From Octopus sinensis (taxonomy: Eukaryota), in the NCBI RefSeq assembly GCF_006345805.1, contig NC_043005.1, positions 51,956,001 to 52,020,000 on the forward strand: 64,000 bases of DNA. Direction: 5' to 3'. How positions within the stretch are numbered: position 1 is the stretch's first letter; each line of letters opens with the position of its first letter. A program made the position numbers and the translations under genes. The notes under the pieces are model-generated. The model did no database searches. It was not told the origin of the DNA and worked only from the letters and a program-made list of their open reading frames with translations. Below are positions 12,683-23,768 of the stretch, in pieces.

Positions 12683-14220
12683 CATTGGTTATTTTTGTAT
12701 CCTTCTATAAGTTGGATATACAAATTTCACGAAGCGGGGATAGTCACAACTGTCTTCACACGACGTACTTCAAATTACTCCACTAAACACGATACTCTAG
12801 TAAATACAGGTCTCAATGATATCAACAACTTCTCATGACTTCCATGAACTCTCAAAGACTCCTACGACTTTTTTCCGGTCGCAACGGATATGCTACTTTT
12901 TATAAGAGTTCGGCTAGTCCATTCTTCCTATCCCACAGGGGTGTCAATGACTCTCGCCACAACAGTTTTGTTATCTCCATTCCAACGAAGTATCTTTTTA
13001 TCTTTTTTTAGAAACCAGCTTCTTTCTCAGAGAACGAATTAAAATAATTAAAAACCGAAGAGATACATGATAACATAGATACATACATGCATGCATACAT
13101 ACATACATGCATACATGCATACATACACACATTGTATATGCAAGGGTGACTTCAGTTTTCACTTGTCTCGAGCCTTATTCAAATTCGGAGTAAAACTAGA
13201 GACAGCACTATGCGTCATGAACGCCAGAAGCATGACAGGCAAAGTAAACTGCAGGGATATTTTAACGAAAAGCGTAAAGATTTGTAACTTAATACCGTAA
13301 AGCATTTATAGAATATAGAATCGTGAATAAACACTGCGAAGCATTTAGTTCTTTCCTGCAACGATTCCACCAAACATTAGCTTACTGTTTTCGAAAATTC
13401 TGCGACTTGTTATAATTTTGTGCTTCGCATAATTAATGGACAACGTTTCCTCTGTTGCCCAAACAAAAATTGAGATGATTGCGAATTTGAAAAATCGGTA
13501 ATATTAAGCCAATTATGCAGTTTCAAGGATTCAATTCAATTCTCCAGTGCACTACCAAATACACCCCGTGTTTCTCAGTGTGAGAAGTAGCATTTTATTA
13601 TATATTTTTCCTTATTATCAGTAGAGGATTTGGTTTTCATCTATTATACTATATTCCATTTTTAAAGTTGCAATTTAGTGATTATCTGTTAAATTGTTCT
13701 TGCACGTGGTTGTTGTAGATAATGTGATTGTTTCGCCTTAGCTCAGCTCTTAATCGGTCTACCTACAAATAGAATGGGACCTCCTTAACCCTTTAAATCT
13801 GAAATTAAATTTCATAGTCGTTACAGTAAAAATACAGAATATCTGCCACAAAATAAAATTAGTGTTTTCTGCAAGTCACGTTGCCTCAATAAACTTGACA
13901 TAACTCAAAAAACAAAGGAAAGGAATTGTTTCAGACGTGATATATTTTCCAGTAAAAGATAGAATGGCACATAAAACTGCTTTTCACAGTCATGAGTAGG
14001 AAATTCTGAGTGTATGTATCTGATATCGGTAATAAAAGACTAGATAGTTTTGAGTCTGGTGTTCTTAATTCTCTAAGCAGCATCTGCATTTAGTTATTAG
14101 ACTAGCTATTATTTTGACCCAAGGGAACTCTGATAAGTAAACCCTCTTTATAAATTCAAGTACCACAAAATATAGTTCAGTCTCGCTAAAATAAATTACT
14201 ACTGCTAAACTGAAATTTTT

Positions 14221-14380
14221 TTGTCGCATTACGTTCTGAGTTCAAATTCCACCGAGGTCAACTTGGCCTTTCATCCCTTCAGGGCTGATAAATTAAGTAC
14301 CAGTTGCTTACTCTGGGTCGATCTAGTAGACTGGTCCCCTCCCCCCAAAATTTCGGCCCTTGTGCCTAGAGTAGAAAAGA
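14221..14380 (+). mobile_element. SINE family B, 5'-truncated
   Basis: acgttctgagttcaaattccaccgaggtcaacttggcctttcatcccttcagggctgataaattaagtaccag... Confidence 0.9.
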
Positions 14381-14476
14381 AGTTTGCTCCCCAAACACAT
14401 GGTTCTGGGTTCAGCCCACTGCAGGGCACCTCTCTCTCTCTCTCTCTCTGTATATATATATATATATATATATATA

Positions 14477-14885
14477 GGCGCAGGAGTGGCTGTGTGGTAA
14501 GTAGCTTGTTTACCAGCCACATGGTTCCGGGTTCAGTCCCACTGCGTGGCACCTTGGGCAAGTGTCTTCTACTATAGCCTCGGGCCGACCAAAGCCTTGT
14601 GAGTGGATTTGGTAGACGGAAACTGAAAGAAGCCCGTCGTATATATGTATATATATATGTATGCGTGTGTGTGCTTGTGTATCTGTGCTTGTCCCCCTAG
14701 CATTGCTTGACAACCGATGCTGGTGTGTTTATGTCCCCGTTACTTAGCGGTTCGGCAAAAGAGACCGATAGAATAAGTACTGGGCTTACAAAAGAATAAG
14801 TCCTGGGGTCGAGTTGCTCGATTAAAGGCGGTGCTCCAGCATGGCTGCAGTCAAATGACTGAAACAAGTAAAAGAGTAAAGAGTA
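14477..14885 (+). mobile_element. SINE family A reference copy (tRNA head + CORE-like segment + microsatellite + 3' module + (aaaagagt)n tail)
   Basis: A-box-like TGGCTGTGTGG and B-box-like GGTTCAGTCC; gtggcaccttgggcaagtgtcttct resembles the CORE-SINE motif GTGACCTTGGGCAAGTCACTT; at least 12 further copies in the window. Confidence 0.9.
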
Positions 14886-14921
<36 letters not shown>

Positions 14922-15489
14922 AGGCGTTATCAAATTTACAGCCTCCAAGAGAGTGAAGTTTTGTTAGGAAGATATGAGAATACAGAAGCTTTATCTTTCT
15001 ATTTCGTGATCATATCTGACCCACCTATTATTATCTGTCTGTTTGAAGATGTGTATTCTCTCACAAATTTCTAACTCAGATTTATGGAATCGATTCCCAG
15101 CCTTACTTAGAGAACCACACTACTTAGAGAAAGAACCACAGCGTGGTCAGTCGACCTGTTAGAAAGAAGTACCCACACTTCAATAAACAAACCCTACCGT
15201 CTTAGGTAACAACAGAACGAGGAGAAAATGGCATTGGATGATGCAGATTTAGAACGTTGATGGCAGAAATTCCTTCGTTTATAGGTTCGCTCGCTGAGAA
15301 ATTGACTTCGGGCTAAACAACAACGAGGATGACGACGTCAGCATATCCGTTGAATATAAATGTTGTTTATATCACTTGACTTCCGTTTCGTGATCAAGAT
15401 GTAGCAACGTAGTCTCTTGAACATAGCAAACTCACCTGATCGAGGTTGGGAATGGACTCAGAAATACGTAGCTGCATCATTCTCAAAAT

Positions 15490-15915
15490 CCACCTTCCTC
15501 CTCCTCCTCCTCCTCCTCCTCCTCCACTTCTGCCTCGACTTGTGCATCCTCCTCCTCCTCCTACTCCTCCTCCTCACGTCCTGCCATCCCTCCTTCCCTC
15601 ATCCTGCCATCCCTCCCTTCCCTTCCTCCCTCCCTTCCTGTTGCCACTCCTCATCCTCTCCTTCCTCCTTCCACCCACCTCCTCCCCTTTCTCCTTCCTC
15701 TTCTTCGTCGTCGACATCACATTGCATACCGTATTGGTAATTATTGTTCTTCTGCCAATGCTGGTAAACATTGTTATTGTCGTGGTCATTGTCAACATCA
15801 CCACCACCACCACCAACATCATCACGCCCCCATCTAACATCACCATCCTTCTCACACCCGCAAACTGCAATCATCATCATCACCATCATGATCACCACCA
15901 CCACGTCCATCATCA

Positions 15916-15958
<43 letters not shown>

Positions 15959-16255
15959 GTCATATTCACTCTCACCATCCATCATCAACATCATCATCAT
16001 CATCATAACTCTCAAAATTGCCATCATGATGACCACTTCCGCCTTGTCTACCAGCAGCATTATCATCACGATTATCATCATCATAACATCATTGTCATCA
16101 TCGTCTTGTCCTCCTCCTCCTCCACCACCCCCACCACTACCACCACCACAACCACCACCACCACCACCACCACCACCACCACAATCATCATTACCACGAC
16201 GACGACGACGACGACCACCACCACCACCACCATCATCATCATCATTGTAACCCAT
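15490..16255. repeat. Compound low-complexity block (CCT)n/(CAT)n/(CAC)n/(GAC)n
   Basis: Direct reading; all six frames give homopolymeric peptides. Confidence 0.9.
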
Positions 16256-17377
16256 TGTTGTGGATTTTTTTTTGTGTTACTGTTGCTGTAGACATTATTT
16301 TGTTAGTATTTTTTGCGGTTGCTGTTTTGTTGTTATTTTATATTATATGATTTTTCTTTTGTTTTTTTTTTTTTGTTATGTCGTCGACATTGTTATTGTG
16401 TCGTCACTATTGTGAATTGTTTTTGTTTTGCTGCTATTGTTTTGTGCCTCTTCTTCTTATTTAAATCGGTTTGAAAATAAAAAAAAATAACACACAACAC
16501 AACACAACACAACACAAAAAACAATAGGCAAACAAAATGACACAAAACGTAAAAATTCAAAATCTAAATCAAGAAACAAAATAAAAAAAATAAAAACAAA
16601 AAATAAAAAAAAAACGAAATGAAAAATAATTGAAAAAAACAATAAAAAATCAATTTTGTTTTTTTCAAAACACGATTAAGGAATTAATATATTTTTCAGT
16701 ATTATTTCGTGATTTTCTTCCTCATTATTCCCCTTCTTTTTATTCCACTGTATTTATTACCGTCACTCACTTTTTAAAATTATATTTGAGATAATGATAA
16801 AATTAACAATGAAAATAATAATAAGAATAATTGTTATTAATAATTTAAAAATTATGATTGTTGTTGTTGTTGTCGTTGAAATTGTTGATGTTACCGTTAT
16901 TGCCAGCTTCGTTCTTGTGACTTTTTTTGTGATTTTTATATTTTTGTGGTTTTTCCACGGTCCGTTTGTCTAGTAGTTTTTCGTTAATTATATCGTATAA
17001 ACAGTTCTACTAAATGATAGCTTACACTGTGTTCTCACATGAGTGTGTGTGTGTTTGTATGTATGTGTGTGTGTGCGCGTGTCCGTCCGTGTGTAGGTGT
17101 GTGAGCATTGTGCATATATGTGTATATATGAGTGTGTGTATTAATAAATATATATGCACTTGCACCTACTAACACAGGGAAAGACGAGACCCCTGCACAG
17201 ATATTTTAATATATTTATTTCACATATAATATATATTTCTAACATACGGCCAAATTGAGCGTGTACACATGCACACACCAAAACACACACACACATACGT
17301 CACTATCGTACACAAATTCTACATAATATATGAATGTGTATGCACATGACTATATATATCTACATATATATCTACAT

Positions 17378-17442
<65 letters not shown>

Positions 17443-17443
17443 A

Positions 17444-17488
<45 letters not shown>

Positions 17489-17529
17489 GTATCTATCTAT
17501 GTAGCCAGCTAGATATATATATATATATA

Positions 17530-17821
17530 CTCTTTCTTTTCTTTACTCTTTTACTTGTTTCAGTCATTTGACTGTGGCCATGCTGGAGCACCGTCTTTAG
17601 TCGAGCAAATCGACCCCAGGACTTTTTCTTTGTAAACCTAGTACTTATTCTATCGGTCTTTTTTACCGAACCGCTAAGTTACGGGGAAGTCAACACACAA
17701 GCATCGGTTGCCAAGCGATGTTGGGGGCGGGGACAAACACAGATACACAAACATATACACATACATACATACATACATACATACATACATACATACGTAC
17801 ATACATACATACATACATACA

Positions 17822-17853
<32 letters not shown>

Positions 17854-18003
17854 CATATATACGACGGGCTACTTTCAGTTTCCGTTTTTGGTCGGCTTGT
17901 GTCTAAAGTAGAAGACACTTGCCCAAGGTGCCACGCAGTGGGACTGAACCCGGAAACATTTGGTTGGTAAGCAAGCTACTTACCACACAGCCACTTCTAC
18001 GCC
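17530..18003 (-). mobile_element. SINE family A with (TACA)n centre and an internal deletion in the 5' half
   Basis: Collinear with the reference copy except that the ccaaatccactcacaagg segment is missing. Confidence 0.9.
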
Positions 18004-18129
18004 CTGACAAAACTCATCTATTAACAGATAGAAAGATCATGAAGCTGTCTGCTAACACATGTCGTACGCCACTCCCGTTAAATTTCCCACGAAAGTATGT
18101 ATGTATGTATGCGTGTGTTTGTGAGTATA

Positions 18130-18178
<49 letters not shown>

Positions 18179-18183
<5 letters not shown>

Positions 18184-20206
18184 TAGATAAACTTAGATAT
18201 GTTTCGACCAGAGATTGGTCCAGGCCATGTCTAACTTAATAGCACCACCTGATAGGATTATTCGAATCCTGTTTAAGTCAAGTTTTGTTCAAGTAGTGAG
18301 TTCTTGTTGGGTGAGTTGTATCCAATTATGGGTGGCTTATCTGGTATTCTTTGAAGGAATCTATCCAGACTCTGTTTGAAGTTGATGGGATCCTTTTCCT
18401 CTTTGATCTCCCTCGGGACAATGTTAAATAGGGCAGGGCCTGTTGAGGAAAAGAAATTATGTTGCAGTGTGCATGTATGTTGTGATCTTGAATTTGGCAG
18501 GGGACGTATAGCCCGTGGTCCAAGTCTTGGATGAACCTTGAAGCTAATGTTTAGGTCGTTTGGGCAAAGTTGGCGGTATATTTTCCACATCGTACAAATG
18601 ATGTACTGCTCACGGCGACGCTGGAGGGAGTAAAGTTTCAAGGCTTTAAGGCGATCCCAATAATCGAGAGCAGCCATGCCTTCAATTTGTTTAGTGAGAG
18701 CCCTCTGGGGTGACTCAATTCTGGAGATGTTTTGTCTTGTGTGAGGAGACCGCAGTGGGCAGCAGTATTCAAGGTGTGGCCGTACAAAGGAGGAAAAAAG
18801 TGGTATGATGACACCTTGTTCTCTGGACCGGAAAGTTCTTAAGATCCAGGAACTCATCCTACGAGCTATATCGACCTTCTTGTTGATGTGTGCACTCCAA
18901 CTGAGATCGTCATCAACAATTACACCCAGGTCTCTGATATTGTTAGAGGCTGTGAGCGGTTCCCCTGAAGGAAGAGAGTATGGTTGTTTTAGTGAGGAAT
19001 TCTTCCAAAATGCATCAGCTCAAATTTTCCCTCATTCAGTTGCATTTTGTTTCTGTCTGCCCATTGACTCACAGCATATAGATCAGACTGGAGTTGAGTT
19101 CGGTCTGCTTCTTCATTGACGATTTGCTGGAGCTTAGTGTCATCAGCGAATATTTTCACTTTGCAGTGATGTACGACACTGGAAAGGTCGTTTACGTAAA
19201 TTATGAAGAGTAGCGGACCCAAAACAGTTCCCTGGGGAACACCGCTGGTGACTTTTGCTGGGTTTGAGTGGACTCCATCAACTACAACATGTTGTGTTCT
19301 ATTCGCCAGGAAATACTGAATCCAGCGTAGAACTTTTCCACGGATTCCAACATTTGCCAATTTTGAGAGTAGGATGTTATGGTCTACCCTGTCGAACGCT
19401 TTACTGAAGTCAAGATATATGACGTCAGAGTTCGAACCTGTTCCCAAGGCTTTGAGTATATCTTCAATGTGGTGTAAGAGCTGTGTTAGACAGTCCCTGC
19501 CACAGCGAAAGCCATGCTGATTTGAATTTAGGAGTTTGTGGGTCTCCAGGAAGTCAGCTATCCTTGATCTTAACACTCTTTCAAACACTTTAATGATGTG
19601 GGAGGTGAGTGAGATTGGGCGATAGTTGACTGCGAGGGATCTGTTTCCCTGTTTGAAAACCGGATGACCGACTGGGATAGAAACTGTTTCGGTATATAAC
19701 CTGCATCTAACGAGTTTCTCCAGAGGTTGGTCAGAGGGACTGCAAGTTGATATCTACATTCCTTCAGGAGACTAGCGGGAAATCTATCAGGGCCTACAGC
19801 AGAGTAATGTTTGACCTCATTTATTGCTGCTACGATGTCGGTGGCAGTGAAGGTTATGTCTGCGATTTTGTGTTGGGAGTCAACTTCGTTCGTTTCCCTC
19901 ACATCAATATCAGTGGGAACACTGAAGACAGAGCAGTATTGTTTCTGCAGTATTTCTGCCATTTCTTTAGCATCGTGTTGGGGAATGCCGTTATCATCAA
20001 TCAATGACCCAATGGGTGAGACAGTGGTTCTATGCTTATTTGCATAAGAATAGAACACTTTTGGGTTCTGTTTGATGTTTTTGATTACCCATTGTTCCTC
20101 CACAGCTCTTTGATTTTCAATGGAGGTTTTCATGTTAGTCTGCAGATGAAGTTTTTCCAGCTCTAGTCTTTTCATTGTTGTTGAATGTGGATGTTGTGTG
20201 TGGGAA
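18179..20206 (-). mobile_element. CR1-clade LINE, 5'-truncated, young
   Basis: Three ORF pieces join into one ORF2 with two 1-nt deletions. RT motifs NQHGFR, YLDFSKAFDRVDH, SGVPQGTVLGPLLF, FADDTKL; C-terminal VRPHLEYC and LYSLQRRRE. 3' UTR has stem-loops and a (tatctaagtt)2 tail. Confidence 0.95.
18273..20175 (-). pseudogene. LINE ORF2 reverse transcriptase, endonuclease domain absent, two frameshifts (~19655 and ~18998)
   Basis: Adding one C restores SVIPVFKQGNRSLAVNYRPISLTSHIIKVFERV; adding one A restores HFGRNSSLKQPYSLPSGEPLTASNNIRDLGVIVD. Confidence 0.93.
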
Positions 20207-20225
20207 TATATATATATATAATATA

Positions 20226-20257
<32 letters not shown>

Positions 20258-20262
20258 TAAAT

Positions 20263-20758
20263 CAGGGTATTATAAATACCTATTTACATGAAATAGGAGT
20301 TAAAACCCTCCAAAACCACGCATCTCTCATTACATGTAAACACGCACAAGAGAATATAGCAAATAACTTTCTCCGAAACAGTCCTCCCATTTCTAAGATA
20401 CATCTATTAAAATGCAAATTAGATCATAGACATTCTGGTATCAATTGATTTTGCTTTCTGTGTTCAACCAACACTTAAAGCTCGTCAGCCAGACTTGCTG
20501 CATTTCAAAAAACATATTTACTTCTCCGTGCGCATTTTTCAACTGAAGGCCCTCGCGACTTTCAAACGAACGTTAGTGGACAAGTATAAGTTTAAAAATT
20601 CAAATAAGTTATCAGTATCTATAAAAATAATGATAAAGGACTGTTTTAGAGAAATATATTCGCTATATTCTCCGGGAGTGCTTACATATAGTGAGAGATG
20701 AGTAATTTTCGAGGGTTTTAACTCCTCTTTCAAGCAAACAAGTACTTATCGTACCCTG
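20263..20758. mobile_element. Old MITE-like element with ~120-bp diverged inverted repeats, CAGGG...CCCTG termini
   Basis: 20263-20384 pairs with 20638-20758 (e.g. ggagttaaaaccctc[c/g]aaaa; gagaatatagc; gaaacagtcc). Confidence 0.7.
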
Positions 20759-20963
20759 AATTATTATTATTATATATTTTTCTTATTTAAGTAATGCTTG
20801 CTGGCCACTTTATCATTATTTTTATAGACAATTATAATTTATTTGAATTTTTAAATACACACACACACACACACATATATATATGTATATATGTATATAT
20901 ACATAAATATATATATGTATATATACGCATATGTAGGTATTTATATATGTATATCATACACAC

Positions 20964-21027
<64 letters not shown>

Positions 21028-21971
21028 GAGGAATATATTAAATAATGTAAAGCTCTCAATAAATCTATATTTGCATATGTACGTGAGCGTGTATTTGTGT
21101 GAGTATTCTATAGTGCTATATAATATGATATATATGATATTAATATAAATTCAATCGATATATAAACATATCTTCAGTGGAACATATATCCGAAAAAAAT
21201 AATAAAAACGCACGCTCTAAAAAAAGCAGTAATGTATTTATAGGAATTTGATTTTATGGCCGGTCATCGAATGACCAACAGTGTCGCATCCATAAAACGC
21301 TTAGCCTTATATACGACTCGTCAGAGTCCAATGGCCAACTGGAAACAGAAAACCGTTACGCTCAGTTTGTAAATAAAAAATATAATACATCGTCTAAAGT
21401 TTAAACAGGACGGGTTATCGCCCCAGATCGGTTTTTTCAGCAAACTTTTATAGTCCTAATCGACAAACGGAAATTCCCCGCCCTTAGGTTGGTTCCAGTC
21501 CGCAATTATTTTTTTTAATAGCCCTAATCAACGAACAGGGAGTCCTACATCTGGAGCAGGTAGCATTTAAAATGCGGAGAAGGGGTATAGATCTCGTTTC
21601 TGGAGTTTAGTAATGACCCCGAGTCAAGTGGGTCTTTAAGGATCCTTTCCCGCACTGCTATACAAAGCTTGCATATATAATCATATATGTGTATGTATGT
21701 ATGTATGCATGTATTATGTGTGTATGTATGTATGTATGTATGTATGTATGTATGTATTATGTATGTATGTACACATATGTTTGTATGCACTTAACGCACG
21801 GCATTTAAGCGATTAGGGGCTCCGTTTTAGTGTTAAGTCAAATCCCCAGTCATAGTGTGTACACACAGGTCCTCCACATTCGAGGGTGAGATGTGACGTA
21901 ATACAAAGAGTAGAAAAATAATAAGACAAAAGATCATGGGTTTGGTACTCGGTACAGTTTTATTTCATTAG

Positions 21972-22052
21972 CTACATACGGTTCAATACTCTGCAACACA
22001 TGGTGTTACGCTACAGATGCGTTCAGTAGGTGCAATCTATAAGGCTGGTATG
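21972..22052 (+). CDS. Candidate host exon (unverified): LHTVQYSATHGVTLQMRSVGAIYKAGM
   Basis: Acceptor ttttatttcattAG, donor ATG|GTAAGT, 81 nt symmetric phase 0, only one frame open, non-repetitive. No homolog recognised. Confidence 0.3.
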
Positions 22053-22588
22053 GTAAGTAAGCACATTATCAGGCAACTGAAACTGAAATAAGCCTTGTAT
22101 TTTCTATTTCAATTGTCCGTTGTTGTTTATTTACCATTCTGGATGTATAGCGTTTATTCACCTCACGACTCTTTTGTTGCACCCAACTCTATCAGCTCAG
22201 CACTGACAATTAATTCCAGTCCCAAGAATCTTCACCCTATTTAAACCGAACATTAATCGTATGATTAAAACCGAACATTAATCGTATGAATCCAGCAATC
22301 TCAGAAGGTCTTCGAAGATTATGCAGAATTCCTCTTTCCTCTCAATGCAAAAAGTACGGGAGCATATGCGTACATCCATATAAAATATAAACGCAAATAT
22401 ATGCACCCCCACACCTACACACACACCAACGACGCACAAATAAATAGGTCGGTACAATTATGCGAAGTGGAATCATGAAATGGAATGAAGTGAAACGAAA
22501 TAAATATAATGAATTTAATGTTAAAATGTTCTGAATAATATAAAATGTATAATGTAATGTATAATAAGATAAAACCTAATACAGTATA

Positions 22589-22647
<59 letters not shown>

Positions 22648-22844
22648 ATATAATATATATATATGTGTGTGTGTGTATATATATAGGGATGAAAACTGAA
22701 ATATAGAATATAATTTTTAATGAAAGAAATAAAGTATTAAATACAAATAAATAAATGAATAAAGTAATAGCGAAACCAAAAGAATACAAGTCAAAAACAG
22801 AATAGGATTCATCATAAGTGTACTAGATCTAATGATACATTTAA

Positions 22845-23021
<177 letters not shown>

Positions 23022-23242
23022 GTACATAGAAACATACATATATATGTGTGCGTTTATGTATGTGTATATATATATATTTACACACACACAGACACATATA
23101 TATATAAAAATTTAGCAATTAAGGACAACTACTTAATAAGGAAAACTTAACAAGAAATTGTCAGGTAGATAGCGTGAAAACCTCATAAGAGAAAAAATTT
23201 CGAAAATAATTATTTCTTATTGAACATATTAATTTATATATA

Positions 23243-23655
23243 GAGGGCATTATACATACATGCCAGATGGCATTATACATACATGCCACACGCTAAGAGG
23301 GACAATTAGTCCCTCTTATTCCGAAAAAACTTTTCCTTTCCCGAAATGCAATTCGTAAAAGTCTGACATTCACAGGATGTAATATATGTAAACTCACCCA
23401 TGTGCTTCGTTGATGTTGATCAGTTAGCTGATCGACTTAAGCGAGGCAGGGTCGTTTATGTATGATACATCCAGGCCTGCTGATGAATACGTAAGTATGA
23501 AATCACGGTGATACAGGTCTATATTTTTTAAATGTCTTACTTTGAAAAATTGCATTCGGTGGGATTAGTAATATTTTTGGTAGAAATGACTAATTGTCCC
23601 TCTTAGCGTGTGGCATGTATGTATAATGCCATCTGGCATGTATGTATAATGCCTC
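23243..23655. mobile_element. 413-bp non-autonomous DNA transposon (MITE) with ~68-bp near-perfect TIRs in TA context
   Basis: 23243-23311 is the reverse complement of 23588-23655 apart from one extra G; both ends abut tata. Confidence 0.9.

Positions 23656-23768
<113 letters not shown>

Noticed and set aside
13785-13794. TTAA|CCCTTT piggyBac-like left terminus
   Set aside because: No matching AAAGGG|TTAA right end or transposase found nearby.
15446-16291. 281-aa ORF with poly-Pro/His/Ile/Thr
   Set aside because: Trinucleotide repeats are open in nearly all frames on both strands; there is no unique domain or splice support.
16260-16680. T-rich then A-rich block resembling a long inverted repeat
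   Set aside because: Only compositional complementarity; no specific arm-to-arm alignment found.
18195-18230. Stem + GAAAC in the CR1 3' UTR as a hammerhead
   Set aside because: No CUGANGA core upstream; better explained as the LINE 3' recognition stem-loop.
23377-23495. Exon-like AG...GTAAGT segment inside the 23.2-kb MITE
   Set aside because: All three frames contain stops.
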